Shown here: in pieces, positions 35,975 to 47,495 of the stretch
How the letters are laid out: each line of letters begins with the position of its first letter
How positions within the stretch are numbered: the first letter of the stretch is position 1
Assembly: GCA_024704765.1 (NCBI GenBank)
Contig: JAKMXF010000297.1
Location: 426,921 to 490,920, forward strand
Direction: 5' to 3'
Origin: Oopsacas minuta
Taxonomy: Eukaryota > Animalia > Porifera
DNA length: 64,000 nt
Notes under the pieces: model-generated
Seen by the model: only the letters and a program-made list of their open reading frames with translations
Told to the model about the DNA's origin: nothing
Database searches by the model: none
Translations under genes and position numbers: made by a program

Positions 35975-36152
35975 CAAGGTTGAAACCGCTCGAACCGAAT
36001 ATAAGTATTCATGACTAGTAGACCGAAATACTGATATTATTCTGTTGCTCAACCGAATACTGATAATATTCAGTTAAATCAACCGAATAATACTGATAAT
36101 ATTCAGTGTGGCCCAACCGAATATGGAATGCTGATACTCGGTTGCAACCTTG
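35975..36152. mobile_element. MITE with CAAGGTTGMAACCG TIRs
   Basis: CAAGGTTGAAACCG ... CGGTTGCAACCTTG, internal aaccgaatactgat subrepeats, flanked by GTTTTT direct repeat. Related sequence starts at 45640. Confidence 0.75.
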
Positions 36153-36295
36153 GTTTTTATCCAAACTAATAGTATATTAATCAATATAGGAGAAAATTAT
36201 TCCATATAGGTAGTTATAGTAGAACCTCGTTAATACTTACACCAAGGGACGTCGAGAATAGTACTCTATATCCGGAGTACGTATTAACCGAAGTA

Positions 36296-36625
36296 CAGTG
36301 CAGCGAATGCCGGTTATAAGAACATTATCGGGAATTGCATAGAATGTTCTTGTAACCGACATATCGCTTATAAGAATACCATTTGGGAGCAGCAAAATGT
36401 TTATATATACGGTATGTTCTTAGATTAAAATGAGAATATGAAAACCGTGTCCTTCACTGTCTCAGGCTCTTATAACCGGTATAAATTATAAAGGGTATAT
36501 GGCAACCGTTTTCTAGTATTATGTTCCTATATCCGGCTTGTTCTTAGAATGTTCTAATATGCGGTAAGAATTCAATGGAGTAGAATGGTAAATCGAGCTA
36601 GAGTTCTTCTAACCGGGATCTACTG
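36296..36625. mobile_element. 330-bp TA-flanked CAGT-ended element
   Basis: TA|CAGTGCAGCGAATGCCGGTTATAAGAAC ... GTTCTTCTAACCGGGATCTACTG|TA. Abuts a second MITE end (tagtagaacctcgttaatac) at 36217. Confidence 0.7.
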
Positions 36626-36971
36626 TATAGCCAAATTTGTCCAAAATAATTCATATTAACATTAATAAGTACGTAATCAGATATTAAGCTCCTTACTGAT
36701 GCGAATAGGTGTATGGGCAGTTTTATACTGGGGAGAAGGCTGCGAGATGAGATTACCCGAATTTTCATAGAGTATATTTGATCGAAAGTTATGACTAATT
36801 TTGCACGAAATATACACAAAAGTTTTCGTTTGCCGGAAATCAGAATAAGTCCTCCACATTGTTTAGTCATAAAACATCTTATTGTGTATCCTACCAAGTT
36901 AAAATACGGATATGACAATGGATATATGCACACAGTAGATGTCGCTAGAGCTGAATCTTGTATTCATAAAG

Positions 36972-37306
36972 CAGGGCTGGATTCGATTAACCGAATAGTC
37001 TCATTTCCACCAATATATTAATGTTCCTAAGGGTTTGTGAGGTAAGAAATTATATATACACGAATTCTGCTAGTTCGGTATTTATGAGATGTTACATTTA
37101 GATTCGTTATCTCAAATTTCAATAGTTTAGAAAGATATAATCTAATCAGGATTGTCTATATACTAATAGCTATGTATTAATAGTTTCAATTTTATTCACA
37201 AAACATCATTGATTGTATTAAGAATAATTGCGGTGGTTAACCGGTTAACCGCTATTATAGAGAAGGTTTTAACCTCCCCTTAATTTGGTTAACCAACCCA
37301 GCCCTG
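36972..37306. mobile_element. hAT-like MITE
   Basis: CAGGGCTGGATTCGATTAACCG ... GGTTAACCAACCCAGCCCTG, internal GGTTAACCGGTTAACC palindrome, imperfect CATA(A/G)AG flanking repeat. Confidence 0.55.
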
Positions 37307-40300
37307 CATAGAGCTTTTGAAATCAAGAATCACGACCAACCCGTAGTTATAGCCAAGTGAAAGCTGTTGGTGATTTGTCGTGATTTCTAAGCTTAGTGAA
37401 ATTATGTTTCAGTTCTGGTGACATCAAGCCCTCCCTCTTCTACGCCTATGCGGGTGCGTAACTACCACTAATGCAGAGGAGACAAAAATCTCGATTCTAA
37501 ATTTTCAATAACACATGAATACTGTTGAATTTTCCCATAATATTGTGGTATACAGTTTTCGTCTCGTTAATACGAACACTGTTAAGCCGTAACTCCGAAT
37601 TAAGAGTACAAATTTGTACAATTTAACAGTCCCCTTCAATGCCTTTCAATGTAAATTAGTTTGGATAATACATCCTCCGGATAAGGAGTACGGATTCTGC
37701 AGTCTCCTGGTGTATGTTCTAGATATATAAGTAGACGGTAAATATAGCTGAAGGAAATTATTAATAAATTATTAAAATTGCTTCAGTCATAGAAATACCT
37801 TTTCTAATACGATTAAGATTAACATATTAGTAGTTAGTAGTTACATACCAATTCTAATTATAATTGGAATTACTCCTATTTCCTCAAATGCTTCAAGTTT
37901 AAAAGTATTGAATATCTTAAATAACTGTAAACTAGACTTGAAGATAATGGGTGTGACTATGATCATTATAGCTATATATTGCAAATTTGCCAATAAAGTG
38001 GTCAGATTATAAAGATGACTAGCATTTCTATATAACTATCTGCACTAGTATGGAATTTATACCTTAGAAACGTAGTATTTGTATATTAAAGCTATCATAG
38101 TACTCCCCTCCAGGCCATTTACAGGTCCAGTTTAACTGGCTCCAATAAATGATATCTCATCACATGACTAGCATAGAGTATATGGTTACTATATTATTCT
38201 GGTATAAGATCAAGTCCTATATTTTCAGCTAGCCAAATAATATTTTTATCTCGAATCATAAGCCCAAAGGAGCGTCGCGTGCTCCTAGATACAGCCTTGA
38301 TTTCAGTGGTTTCAGTTCCAAAAGTTTCAGAAATTTTAGATCGGTCAAATTCCATTTCAGTTTTGGGCCAGGTCGGGTTCGGAAAATGAACCCGATTCAA
38401 GCTGATACATTTTTGAAATCGTCTGAAATTTCAAAAGACCTAATTGTATCAAATTCTACTGAATCATAACTTATAATTCTATATTACACAAGATTGCTAG
38501 TAACTGTATGGGTACAAAGATAGGAGAGTTGAAAAAAGAATTTAATAGGATAATTGATGTTAGGATACATACGTAGGTGTACGTATGATTAGTTATTTTA
38601 CGAGAATGATGCCAATTAAACTTACTAATTAGTTAGATGACTAATAATACAATTTTCCAAGAAAGCATGGTTGCATAACTATAAGTGATTCAAGAATTCT
38701 CAACACAAAATATTCCACAGTAGCACACAAATACAGATAGGGTTAGGCATTATTATGAGTATGTCTAATCTCAAATTATGAAAAGTGCGGTAATGATAAG
38801 AAATGGCATTCGTATTAAATTTTGTCAGAAGTTCATTCTCTAATCTTGTGGAGTTCATAATAAACAACGCTACCTGACCGCTAATACAAACACGGTTAGA
38901 CTATATCTCAATAATTTTTGTGATAATGTCTATCTGTCCAAGTTTATGGAATAATTAATTAACTGGTAAGATAAGAGCTACAAACTTGGAATGCATATAA
39001 AGTGTTTGTATTTAGATGAAAGTAGGTTTAAATTAATAAGCGTTATCTTCACTAATCTCGGAGAAAAAGACGCGAAAATTACAAAATATTACATCTCATG
39101 CAAATACATTGGAATTTGTCTAATAAGGTGGATTGTGGAACTGAAAGGAGCTACATATCCGAAATTCGGCAAGTGTGTAAAAAAAAGTACATAGATAATA
39201 TAGATTAATGAATCCTGCAAATTTGGACCGAATCCGAAAAAGTGGATTTATGGGCACTGTGGCCCTAATTATGCCACAATTGTTTATGCCTCAACCACTT
39301 TGTATGGCTATATCTCAAAAATATTAGTCCGATTGCTACTTGAATAAAATATATATAAACAAGAGTGGGTATCGGAGTCGTAATTTTTATGCTGGACTTC
39401 ATATACAATATTTTTCATTAATCTATATTGTAAATAATATAGCTAGAAGGCTAGGCTACCTCGTGTATAGCAACTTCAGGATGTATAAATATTAAGTGAA
39501 AGATATTCATTATTACTTTGATGTGCTATGTGGTGAGAAAAGAACTTGGTTGTGTTAAACTCAGGTTCAAACCCAAAATGCAAACATCATTGATTACTCT
39601 AATAGTTGAGTAAGTACATGCAAACATTGACTAGTTAGTACTATACAGAAGTTGCATGCATCAATTTCCATTGTCTGAGTAGCCATATACTTAAATTATC
39701 TAACCAAAAGTTGATTTATCTAATTATCATTAAATGAAAGGATAGAGATCAATAGTGTGAGAAAAATTACCAAGTAGCCGTCGTACGATAAGAAAATGCT
39801 TCAAGACCAGGAGTGTATTGGGGGGGAACGCGAAGGTGCTACTTTATGAAAACATTTGGATGATTTAACAATATTTTTCAGTTTAGAAATTAGAGTTCAA
39901 AGTTATATTCCCAAGTAATATACTTTTGTATATGCTATATAAGTATCGTTTACATGTGGAAATGCTTATGTTCCTTCGATTGTCAGCAAAAAAGTACTAA
40001 ATAAGGTACATCCACGTTTTCACTTTATATCCCACATTTAGTATAAATATTTTATTTCATAAGATGTTAATGTAGACAAGCCTGGAAAACTGGGACATAA
40101 AAAGGCGCCTATTATACCACATAAGAGGCGAAAATTTAGTGGGAGGGGCAGTGTTTTGGAGCGTTCCCATACTTTTATACTTAGAAATACACCCCTGTCC
40201 AAGACATACTATATTGATGTATAATAATAGAATTGGGCTTTAATTAAGAATGTGTAATTTGATAAAATACCTCTAGTCTGTTATCAACGAGTAAATAGTG

Positions 40301-40562
40301 AGCATTATGGGATGAGCTTGTTGTTACGTAAAATAACCTATTACATGAGCTAATCATTTTTGGTAATCTAAGGAGGAGGAAGTAATAATATAATATTCAT
40401 ACACAACCATTACAATTAGATTTTATGTTCTGAACTGTAATGTGAATCAGCCTGCTGATTATACTACTGAATTTTATTTTGCTGTCAAGCCTGTCTACGA
40501 ATATATTGCCAAGTTTTTAAATTGTTTGGTTAGTCATTTGTAGATAATTACTAAATATATTA

Positions 40563-41235
40563 CTGATTCTGAATGAATGGTGGAAAATAGTGGAATTTCT
40601 AAAAAAGTGCTGAATTGTGGAAATGGTGGAACCAAGGAATGACATCGATATATCGGGTTGGAAAAGTCCAAAAAAAATATCGGAAAAGGGGCTGATAATT
40701 TCCGATATTTTTCGATATTTTTCCAATCTTACTTGATATTTGTAGAACCTTGACGGAACCTTGCGTTATTTGATAAGCGGGCACCAAAACAAGCACAAAT
40801 AAATAATTTCAAATGTTTAACATTAATCATAATATCTGTTTGATAATGATCAGATTGTCAGATTAAGTTTCATCCCCCCAACAATGTAAATTGTTGACAA
40901 TCTCCCCAAAGACTAGATTAGCATACTAAATTATAGTAAATCTAGTAAGTACCGCACATTATGAACACATCCCTATAAATTGTCCCAGGAGGATTTAGCT
41001 CACATAATTAAAATGAAGTTTATTGACATGATCTATACTGCCTTCACATATCTACTATAATTTATTATGCTTACCAATTCAATGACAGCCATAAGAGACA
41101 TCGAGGAGATTGCCAAAATTGGGGTTATTTATTTGCGGTTGTTTTGGTGCCCGCTTATCAAATTTCACCAGGTCCACCTGAATTCACCATTCAGTCACTT
41201 TTTAGAAATTCTACCATCTGCCACTATTCAGTCAG
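40563..41235. mobile_element. Foldback-type element with two nested pairs of inverted repeats
   Basis: Inner 39-bp IR at 40768-40806 / 41125-41163 (atttgataagcgggcaccaaaacaa...). Outer IR gaatttctaaaaaagtg-ctgaat / attcagtcactttttagaaattc. Confidence 0.7.
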
Positions 41236-42277
41236 ATCCCTAATTATTCAAGTTTTCAATAGTGAATACTAACAATTCTCTCTGATCATCCAATAACATT
41301 GCTTAAGAGGATATGCAGTCTGTGTGCATGTTGTGCACCCCATGGGACCTAAAATATTGTCCTTAAAGTGAATTCATATTAAGCGAACTGAATTTAATAA
41401 AAATCCTATGGTAGTTGTATTGAGAGTTTGGGGTTCTACTGAAATGGGACTGAGAATCTATTCCAACTGACCCTGACACAGGTGGAAAAATGACCTTCAT
41501 TATCCCATAATCGCTTACAAAATGACCTTTGGATATACAACTGTGGGCTAAGAGGATGCCATAACAATCAAGTAGATTGGAAGCCTATTTGCGGAAAGTT
41601 ATGGAAATTGTATCTTTTCGAATATTATTCGAGTTGATTTCATTTAACAAACCCATATACAAAACTCCGTAGTCTAGACTAGGTATAGCCGATATTCTAC
41701 TAAAATATATTAATTTAGAAGATTCGTGGATGCTATGAATTGAAGATATGTAACATGTTTAACTGCTAAACATTCAATATACTATAAATTATAAAAGATT
41801 GAATAAATCAATTATTTATGTGTTATGCTTCAGACTTGTATAAAACAGAGCGATAAGATTCGCGTACAACAATGGCATTAACATCGTTGTATTCTACATG
41901 CAAATATATGGCACAAGATCTGCGTATTATAACCAATAAGGTAAAAAGTCTTCATAACCTAAAATTCTGTGATTTGAGGAAAGCGAATCTCACTATAAGA
42001 AACTAATTAATACTGGTTATAGATAGAATTTAGATTTAGTCTACGTAGCAAAATATGATATCCAATTTTATCAAAGATTTTTACTCACATGATTACCTGG
42101 ATTTACTGATAATATTTATGCGTAATGTGTTACAGAACCAGTCATCACATTTTCCTTAGAACTGATCCCTCAATTACTGAGTCATGCCTATTTAATGTTA
42201 ATTATATTTACCTTGATCAATGAGATTAATTTACTGCAAGTAACTCATACTTATTAGGCGAGAGTATAAGGGTATCA

Positions 42278-43573
42278 ATGCGTTGGACGATCTTCTATTT
42301 AGTTATACTGGTCCACCTGGTGCCTGTTACCACTTTGTGCCAATTGAAGATAGTAGAAAGCATTCCTCAGAACCTTACCTACCCAGGAGGAAGTCCTACC
42401 CACGAATCAACCTTTAAAGGATGGGCGGATATTCTAAATTTGGCTAAGAATGAAGTTAACATATCTTCGTTCTACATGACGCTGAAGGGGTCAGATACTA
42501 AGACTAAGGATCCAAGTACCAAAGAAGGAGAACAGATTCTAACCAGCCTGAAGCTACTGGGAGGTAAAGGGGTAACTATCAGAATTGTAGAGGAGATATC
42601 GAGTAAAGGAAAGTCAGACTCAGATCAGTTGGAAAAGCTCAAGTTAGCTCAAGTTCAACATTTGAATATGAGTAACTTCGGTACCGGTGGGATCCTCCAC
42701 ACTAAGTTTATTTTTGTAGACGGTAAACACATGTACGTTGGCAGTGCCAATATGGATTGGAGATCTCTCACGCAGGTAAAGGAGCTCGGCATATTAGCCA
42801 TTAATTGCCCTACACTAGTTCAAGATGCAGCTAAGATATTTGAAGTGTACTGGCAGCTTAGCAAGCCAGGAGCTAAACTACCACACGTTTGGCCCCCAGC
42901 ATTGAGTACTTCATTTAACATGCAAACACCAATGAAGGTAGATATCGGAGGGGGGAGTAACAATCCGTATCTCTACCTCTCATCTGCTCCCTATACCTTC
43001 TGTCCGACAGGTCGTACCAGGGATTTAAATGCTCTCTTAAATGTTATCAGGAGCGCAGAGAAGTTCGTATGGATTGCAGTAATGGATTATATACCCGCTA
43101 TTATTTACAACAAACCTTACCAATTCTGGCCAGTGATTGATGACGAACTGAGGAGAGCTGCAATAGAGCGTAACATAAATATACGAGTTATGGCTAGTTA
43201 CTGGAGTCACACAAAAGAACAAATGCTACAATATCTATGTAGCCTAACAGCTGACAGTCAAATAAAAAGATATCCGCACTATGGAGGATGGATTGATGTA
43301 AAACTGTTTGAAGTTCCTGTCTTCACTCCTGAGCAGAAAAGCATCCCTTTTGCACGAGTTAACCACAACAAGTATATGGTGACTGATAATAAAGGATATA
43401 TAGGAACTTCTAACTGGACGGGAGATTATTTTAATTCAACAGCTGGGGTAAGTGTAACTATCCAGCAAAAAGATGGAAATAATTCTCTCCCTCAACAATT
43501 GCGTGATATATTTTCAAGAGATTGGGATTCTAAGTACGCTAAACCCATAATTTGTAACGGTAGTGTCTTCTAG
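42278..43573 (+). CDS. PLD3: PLD3/PLD4-family phospholipase D-like 5' exonuclease, intronless
   Basis: LVESIP-like VESIPQNL. HKD1 LHTKFIFVDGKHMYVGSANMDWRSLTQVKELG. HKD2 VNHNKYMVTDNKGYIGTSNW. QLRDIFSRDWDS. N-terminal hydrophobic leader. Confidence 0.92.
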   Translation: MRWTIFYLVILVHLVPVTTLCQLKIVESIPQNLTYPGGSPTHESTFKGWADILNLAKNEVNISSFYMTLKGSDTKTKDPSTKEGEQILTSLKLLGGKGVTIRIVEEISSKGKSDSDQLEKLKLAQVQHLNMSNFGTGGILHTKFIFVDGKHMYVGSANMDWRSLTQVKELGILAINCPTLVQDAAKIFEVYWQLSKPGAKLPHVWPPALSTSFNMQTPMKVDIGGGSNNPYLYLSSAPYTFCPTGRTRDLNALLNVIRSAEKFVWIAVMDYIPAIIYNKPYQFWPVIDDELRRAAIERNINIRVMASYWSHTKEQMLQYLCSLTADSQIKRYPHYGGWIDVKLFEVPVFTPEQKSIPFARVNHNKYMVTDNKGYIGTSNWTGDYFNSTAGVSVTIQQKDGNNSLPQQLRDIFSRDWDSKYAKPIICNGSVF

Positions 43574-44108
43574 TTCCTCTGTATTAGGCTTAGTATGTTT
43601 ATTCGAGGCTATTAATGTATTTATTTATCTTAAACACAATGATTGATCTTATTTGTTTGTTCAAGTTATTGAAGAACTGTTAAGATATACAAAAGTGGTG
43701 TAACATAAATATTGTCAGGAATCAATGTAAAATCTTGACTCGTCATCAGAAATCTAGGCGCAAGAAAAGATATAGAGCGAGTTTTGGGCGTATGCCCCTG
43801 AGAACCTGGTTGAAACCCTGCACTACACAATCTTAATTAATAGAATCCCGTCTCCCATTTTTCTGCTTGAAATTAACCTAGCATAGGAATTTTGCATTAA
43901 CCTGTAAATATGAAGTGCGTAGCATATCATTTGGGAATATATGTAGACTCGAGCTTTTTGCCACGTTTCGGCAGGACATGACACTTAACATAATAATATA
44001 TGCCAGAAAACGTGGGATAGTAATTAGTCAAAACATTTAAAGTAACCAGCATTTACGATCCAAATAACGTGACAAGCCATAATTATCCCGAATATGCCTT
44101 ATTTACTA

Positions 44109-44265
44109 CAGTCAACTCCCCTTATATATCGATATACCTGCTTTTTATCGAAGTCTGAAACTGAAGAAATGTTGTCACAAACAGTCAAAGTTACATACTT
44201 TCCGTCAGTCATATTGAAGTAACTATCGCGGTCCCTTGAGCTTCGATATAACGGGGAGCTGACTG
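44109..44265. mobile_element. CAGTCAACTCCCC-family MITE
   Basis: TA|CAGTCAACTCCCCTTATATATCG ... CGATATAACGGGGAGCTGACTG. Confidence 0.8.
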
Positions 44266-44508
44266 TCTATGCATTTTAGTCTTAGAAAGCAATTTGTTGT
44301 CCAATTGTAATATATTTACGAGTATTTCGTAATTATGATTTTGTAAGGAATAAGGATGCCAGAACAAACTGTAGCTACTATATATGGCTTGATCAACGTA
44401 AACATTGAATATGCAGCGAATGAATGTAAGTCTATAGTCTAAATAGCCTAAAAGTTATATATTAATTAGATTCTAATCAATTTATGATGAGAGATAATTT
44501 AATAAATA

Positions 44509-45564
44509 TCAGGAATCATTAGACATTTGATTGGGTAAACAGGGATTGATAACGAAAATAAATGAGAGCTCTCCAAAGGCGATCAAACACATATCTTCTA
44601 CAACTTGACTATTTTCAGTCATCAATGGAGTGTCGTTAATAAAAATGTGACATCTCCCTATGTTTGTGATGTAGAATTTATTTGAGCTAGAATCGAATTG
44701 AATAAATGCTTGTTTTCTTGATATTTTGAGAGCGGGTCCTTCTTTGCTAAGATCTATATCAACAATATCTTCATCAGTATTTCTACCAATTGTAACTTTT
44801 GGTGACGTTATTATAAAATGAGAGTTTTTCCCTTTCAGACAAGCAAATGTATCAGAAGTGAAATTCTCACAGAGACTCCCTTCTAGCAAGAACCTCCAAT
44901 CAGCTAATTGTTTTTCAAGAGTAATAACTTCTACTTTCTGTTTCTTATCTTGCAAACGTTTCTCATATAAACAAGCCATCTCTCTGTGACCCTGCTCTTG
45001 CGTGAGATCTTTATCCTTCAGACCTAGGAGCGCTTGAGAGAACTGATTAGGTATAGAGTGGATTTGAGAAGGAGATTGATCACACAATAGGTTGTACTTC
45101 TTGAGGAGAGACCAGTGGTAGTGGAGAGAGTGAGGAGTACGAGATGGATGAAATGTAGTCAAATTATTAGCTAGAATAGCCTCAAACTCTTGAACATTTG
45201 GTTCTAATTTAGAAGAAATCAGAGTTAATGTTCTTTCTTCTTCAGGACTCCAGAGGACAGCTGCTTCTGAGAATGAACGTTCGTCATAACACAATAATGC
45301 TATATCTTCCATAGCTGTGGTAGATAGAGCAGAATTGTATAGTAGAGCATCCCATCGCTCCTCTATTTCTTTCATAGTAAACTTACACGAGAACTTAGTG
45401 CCCAAGAACACGCTCAATAAACTACTGGTCTGCTGGACACCCTGTACCAACATGACGTCATCTAGTGGTGTCCAGCGTGTCTTATTTATCTCTATCATAG
45501 AGTGCTTACTGGTTTGTCTCCGTTTGGAGGCTGCATTGGTATCGAGTGGTTTCTGTGAATTCAT
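44509..45564 (-). CDS. MCRS1: Microspherule protein 1 (MCRS1/MSP58, INO80/NSL subunit), intronless
   Basis: RWTPLDDVMLVQGVQQT, KFSCKFTMKEIEERWDALLY, FHPSRTPHSLHYHWSLLKKYNLL, C-terminal FHA (VTIGRNT...IDLSKEGPALKISRKQA). Confidence 0.92.
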   Translation of the reverse strand: MNSQKPLDTNAASKRRQTSKHSMIEINKTRWTPLDDVMLVQGVQQTSSLLSVFLGTKFSCKFTMKEIEERWDALLYNSALSTTAMEDIALLCYDERSFSEAAVLWSPEEERTLTLISSKLEPNVQEFEAILANNLTTFHPSRTPHSLHYHWSLLKKYNLLCDQSPSQIHSIPNQFSQALLGLKDKDLTQEQGHREMACLYEKRLQDKKQKVEVITLEKQLADWRFLLEGSLCENFTSDTFACLKGKNSHFIITSPKVTIGRNTDEDIVDIDLSKEGPALKISRKQAFIQFDSSSNKFYITNIGRCHIFINDTPLMTENSQVVEDMCLIAFGELSFIFVINPCLPNQMSNDS

Positions 45565-45639
45565 GTTTGTTGGGAATAAAACAAAGAAATGAGATTGCTA
45601 AATCTATAATTTGTAATAAATTTAAACGTAACAATGAAC

Positions 45640-46236
45640 CAAGGTTGAAACCGCACGAACCGAATATCAGTATTCATGAATAATAGCTGCCTTACCGAAT
45701 ACTGATGTAAATACTGATATTTGGTTAGAAACCAAGTAAACTATTCGCCAAATAGTATTTGGTTAATACATCTTTGAGAGGGCTGTTATCATAAGTGTGT
45801 TTATAATTAAAATTATGGGATTGACTGAATGGTAGAATCTGATGGAATATATTGGAAATCTGACTGAATATTTAGCTTGTGTTATTACAAGGTTGCAACC
45901 GAATGATTCAATATTCGATTCAACCAGAGGCGTAAGTTGGCACATCCGTAGGGGCGTCCCAGGATTTAGCATACCCGGGGAAAGGCCCGGACCAAGATTT
46001 CAAACCCGGTAAAATCTTATATTTTATAATGGGCAGTGGTGCTTCGAGGATCTGACAGAATCGGGGCCTAATGTCCCGTTGGCTCCCCCCCATGCATATG
46101 TGGCATATTCTGCATCGAAAATTTACATAGAAATGTGTTAAGGATGCGGCATTACCGTACCATTGTGTGGTCCTAGTCTCGCCAGTGGGTTCCACCGAAT
46201 ATTATTTGTTAAGATATCCATGAATACTGATATTCG
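45640..46236. mobile_element. Composite TIR element directly 5' of MCRS1
   Basis: Starts CAAGGTTGAAACCGC like the 35975 element. Perfect 18-bp IR cgaatatcagtattcatg (45661-45678) / catgaatactgatattcg (46219-46236). GC-rich insert at about 45925-46190. Confidence 0.55.
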
Positions 46237-47495
46237 TTTGCTACCAACTATAAACTATCCGCCAAATAATATTCGTTGGAACCCACTGGAGAGGCTAGGA
46301 CCACACAATGATAGTGATGCTATAATTGATCACCAATGTAATGTTGTCAACAACAGTGTATATTACTTCTTTGTCGTCAATTGTAGTTATTGGTCTTGTA
46401 GTAGCATATCGTTTAAGCATTAACTGATGGATAGTGTTACTAATTACTGCACTGAGATATCTTGCGGAACAAAATATCCATAGTAGGGCCCAAACTGTCC
46501 AGGGGGCTCACACGTATATTTGCTCTTAGCTCTATAAGGTGTACCTAGCCAGGAGTGGGATGGGTCTAAGCTCCCCCTGCCCCCGGTTTCGGCGTCTATA
46601 CAAGTAATACAGATAGTAATCATCCAATCTAGTCCAGGCTAGATTGACTAATCACATTCCAACGGATTTGCTAGTAATCAATGATGAATATCCTGCATTA
46701 ATGCAAAACGATGATATAAGAGAAGAGCTATAGTCAGAGCACTGAGTGAACTTTGTGGATGCTAAAACTAACATCTTAGAATTTAGATTACTTTGAATTT
46801 CTCCAGACATCCTTTCTCTATAATTAAATAAAAAGTCCAGACGACAGGTGGTAGTAAAGCTTAAAGGTAAATTTCTAACCAATACTACAAATATTAATAT
46901 CATTATACATGCCAGAGTACCTCTGGCTAGTTGAAACGTAATATCTGGCATCTTTTGAAATATTTGCCAAAAGTGTGAAAATATGAGTAATAAATCTGTG
47001 TAATTGTAAATTTCATGCCAAACCTCGAATCGACTCGTAACACCTAATTAGCTCTGACAATATATTAAAGCCTAATTTATAGTATCAGCTAAAAAGTTTT
47101 GAGTATTTCACTTTAGGAAACTATTAAGCTAAATTGAGAATATATATATTACTGTCACGATTTACTAATTTCTCTATGAAATACTACTAAATTCTCCAAT
47201 CGCCCGATATGCGATAACATATTGAAATACACTGATAATGTAGAAGTTAGGTTGCTATAAGTGCAGAGGAGGAGTTGACTCTCATTTGGCAATACATAAA
47301 TACATACACATAATTACAAAAGTAAAAGTCAAGGTGAAGAATTTTACACACCTCTTCCATCACACAAAGCAATGGAGTAAAACTGGAGAAATAAACATTA
47401 GTAGAAAGCTATAAATTCATAAACGTTGAAATGGGTTGTTGGGGTGGGTAGAGAGGAAGGCGTAGCTCACGGTCTAAATAGTTACGTTATTTTAG

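Noticed and set aside
39564-39574. GGTTCAAACCC as a tRNA or SINE B-box
   Set aside because: No cloverleaf or convincing A-box spacing.
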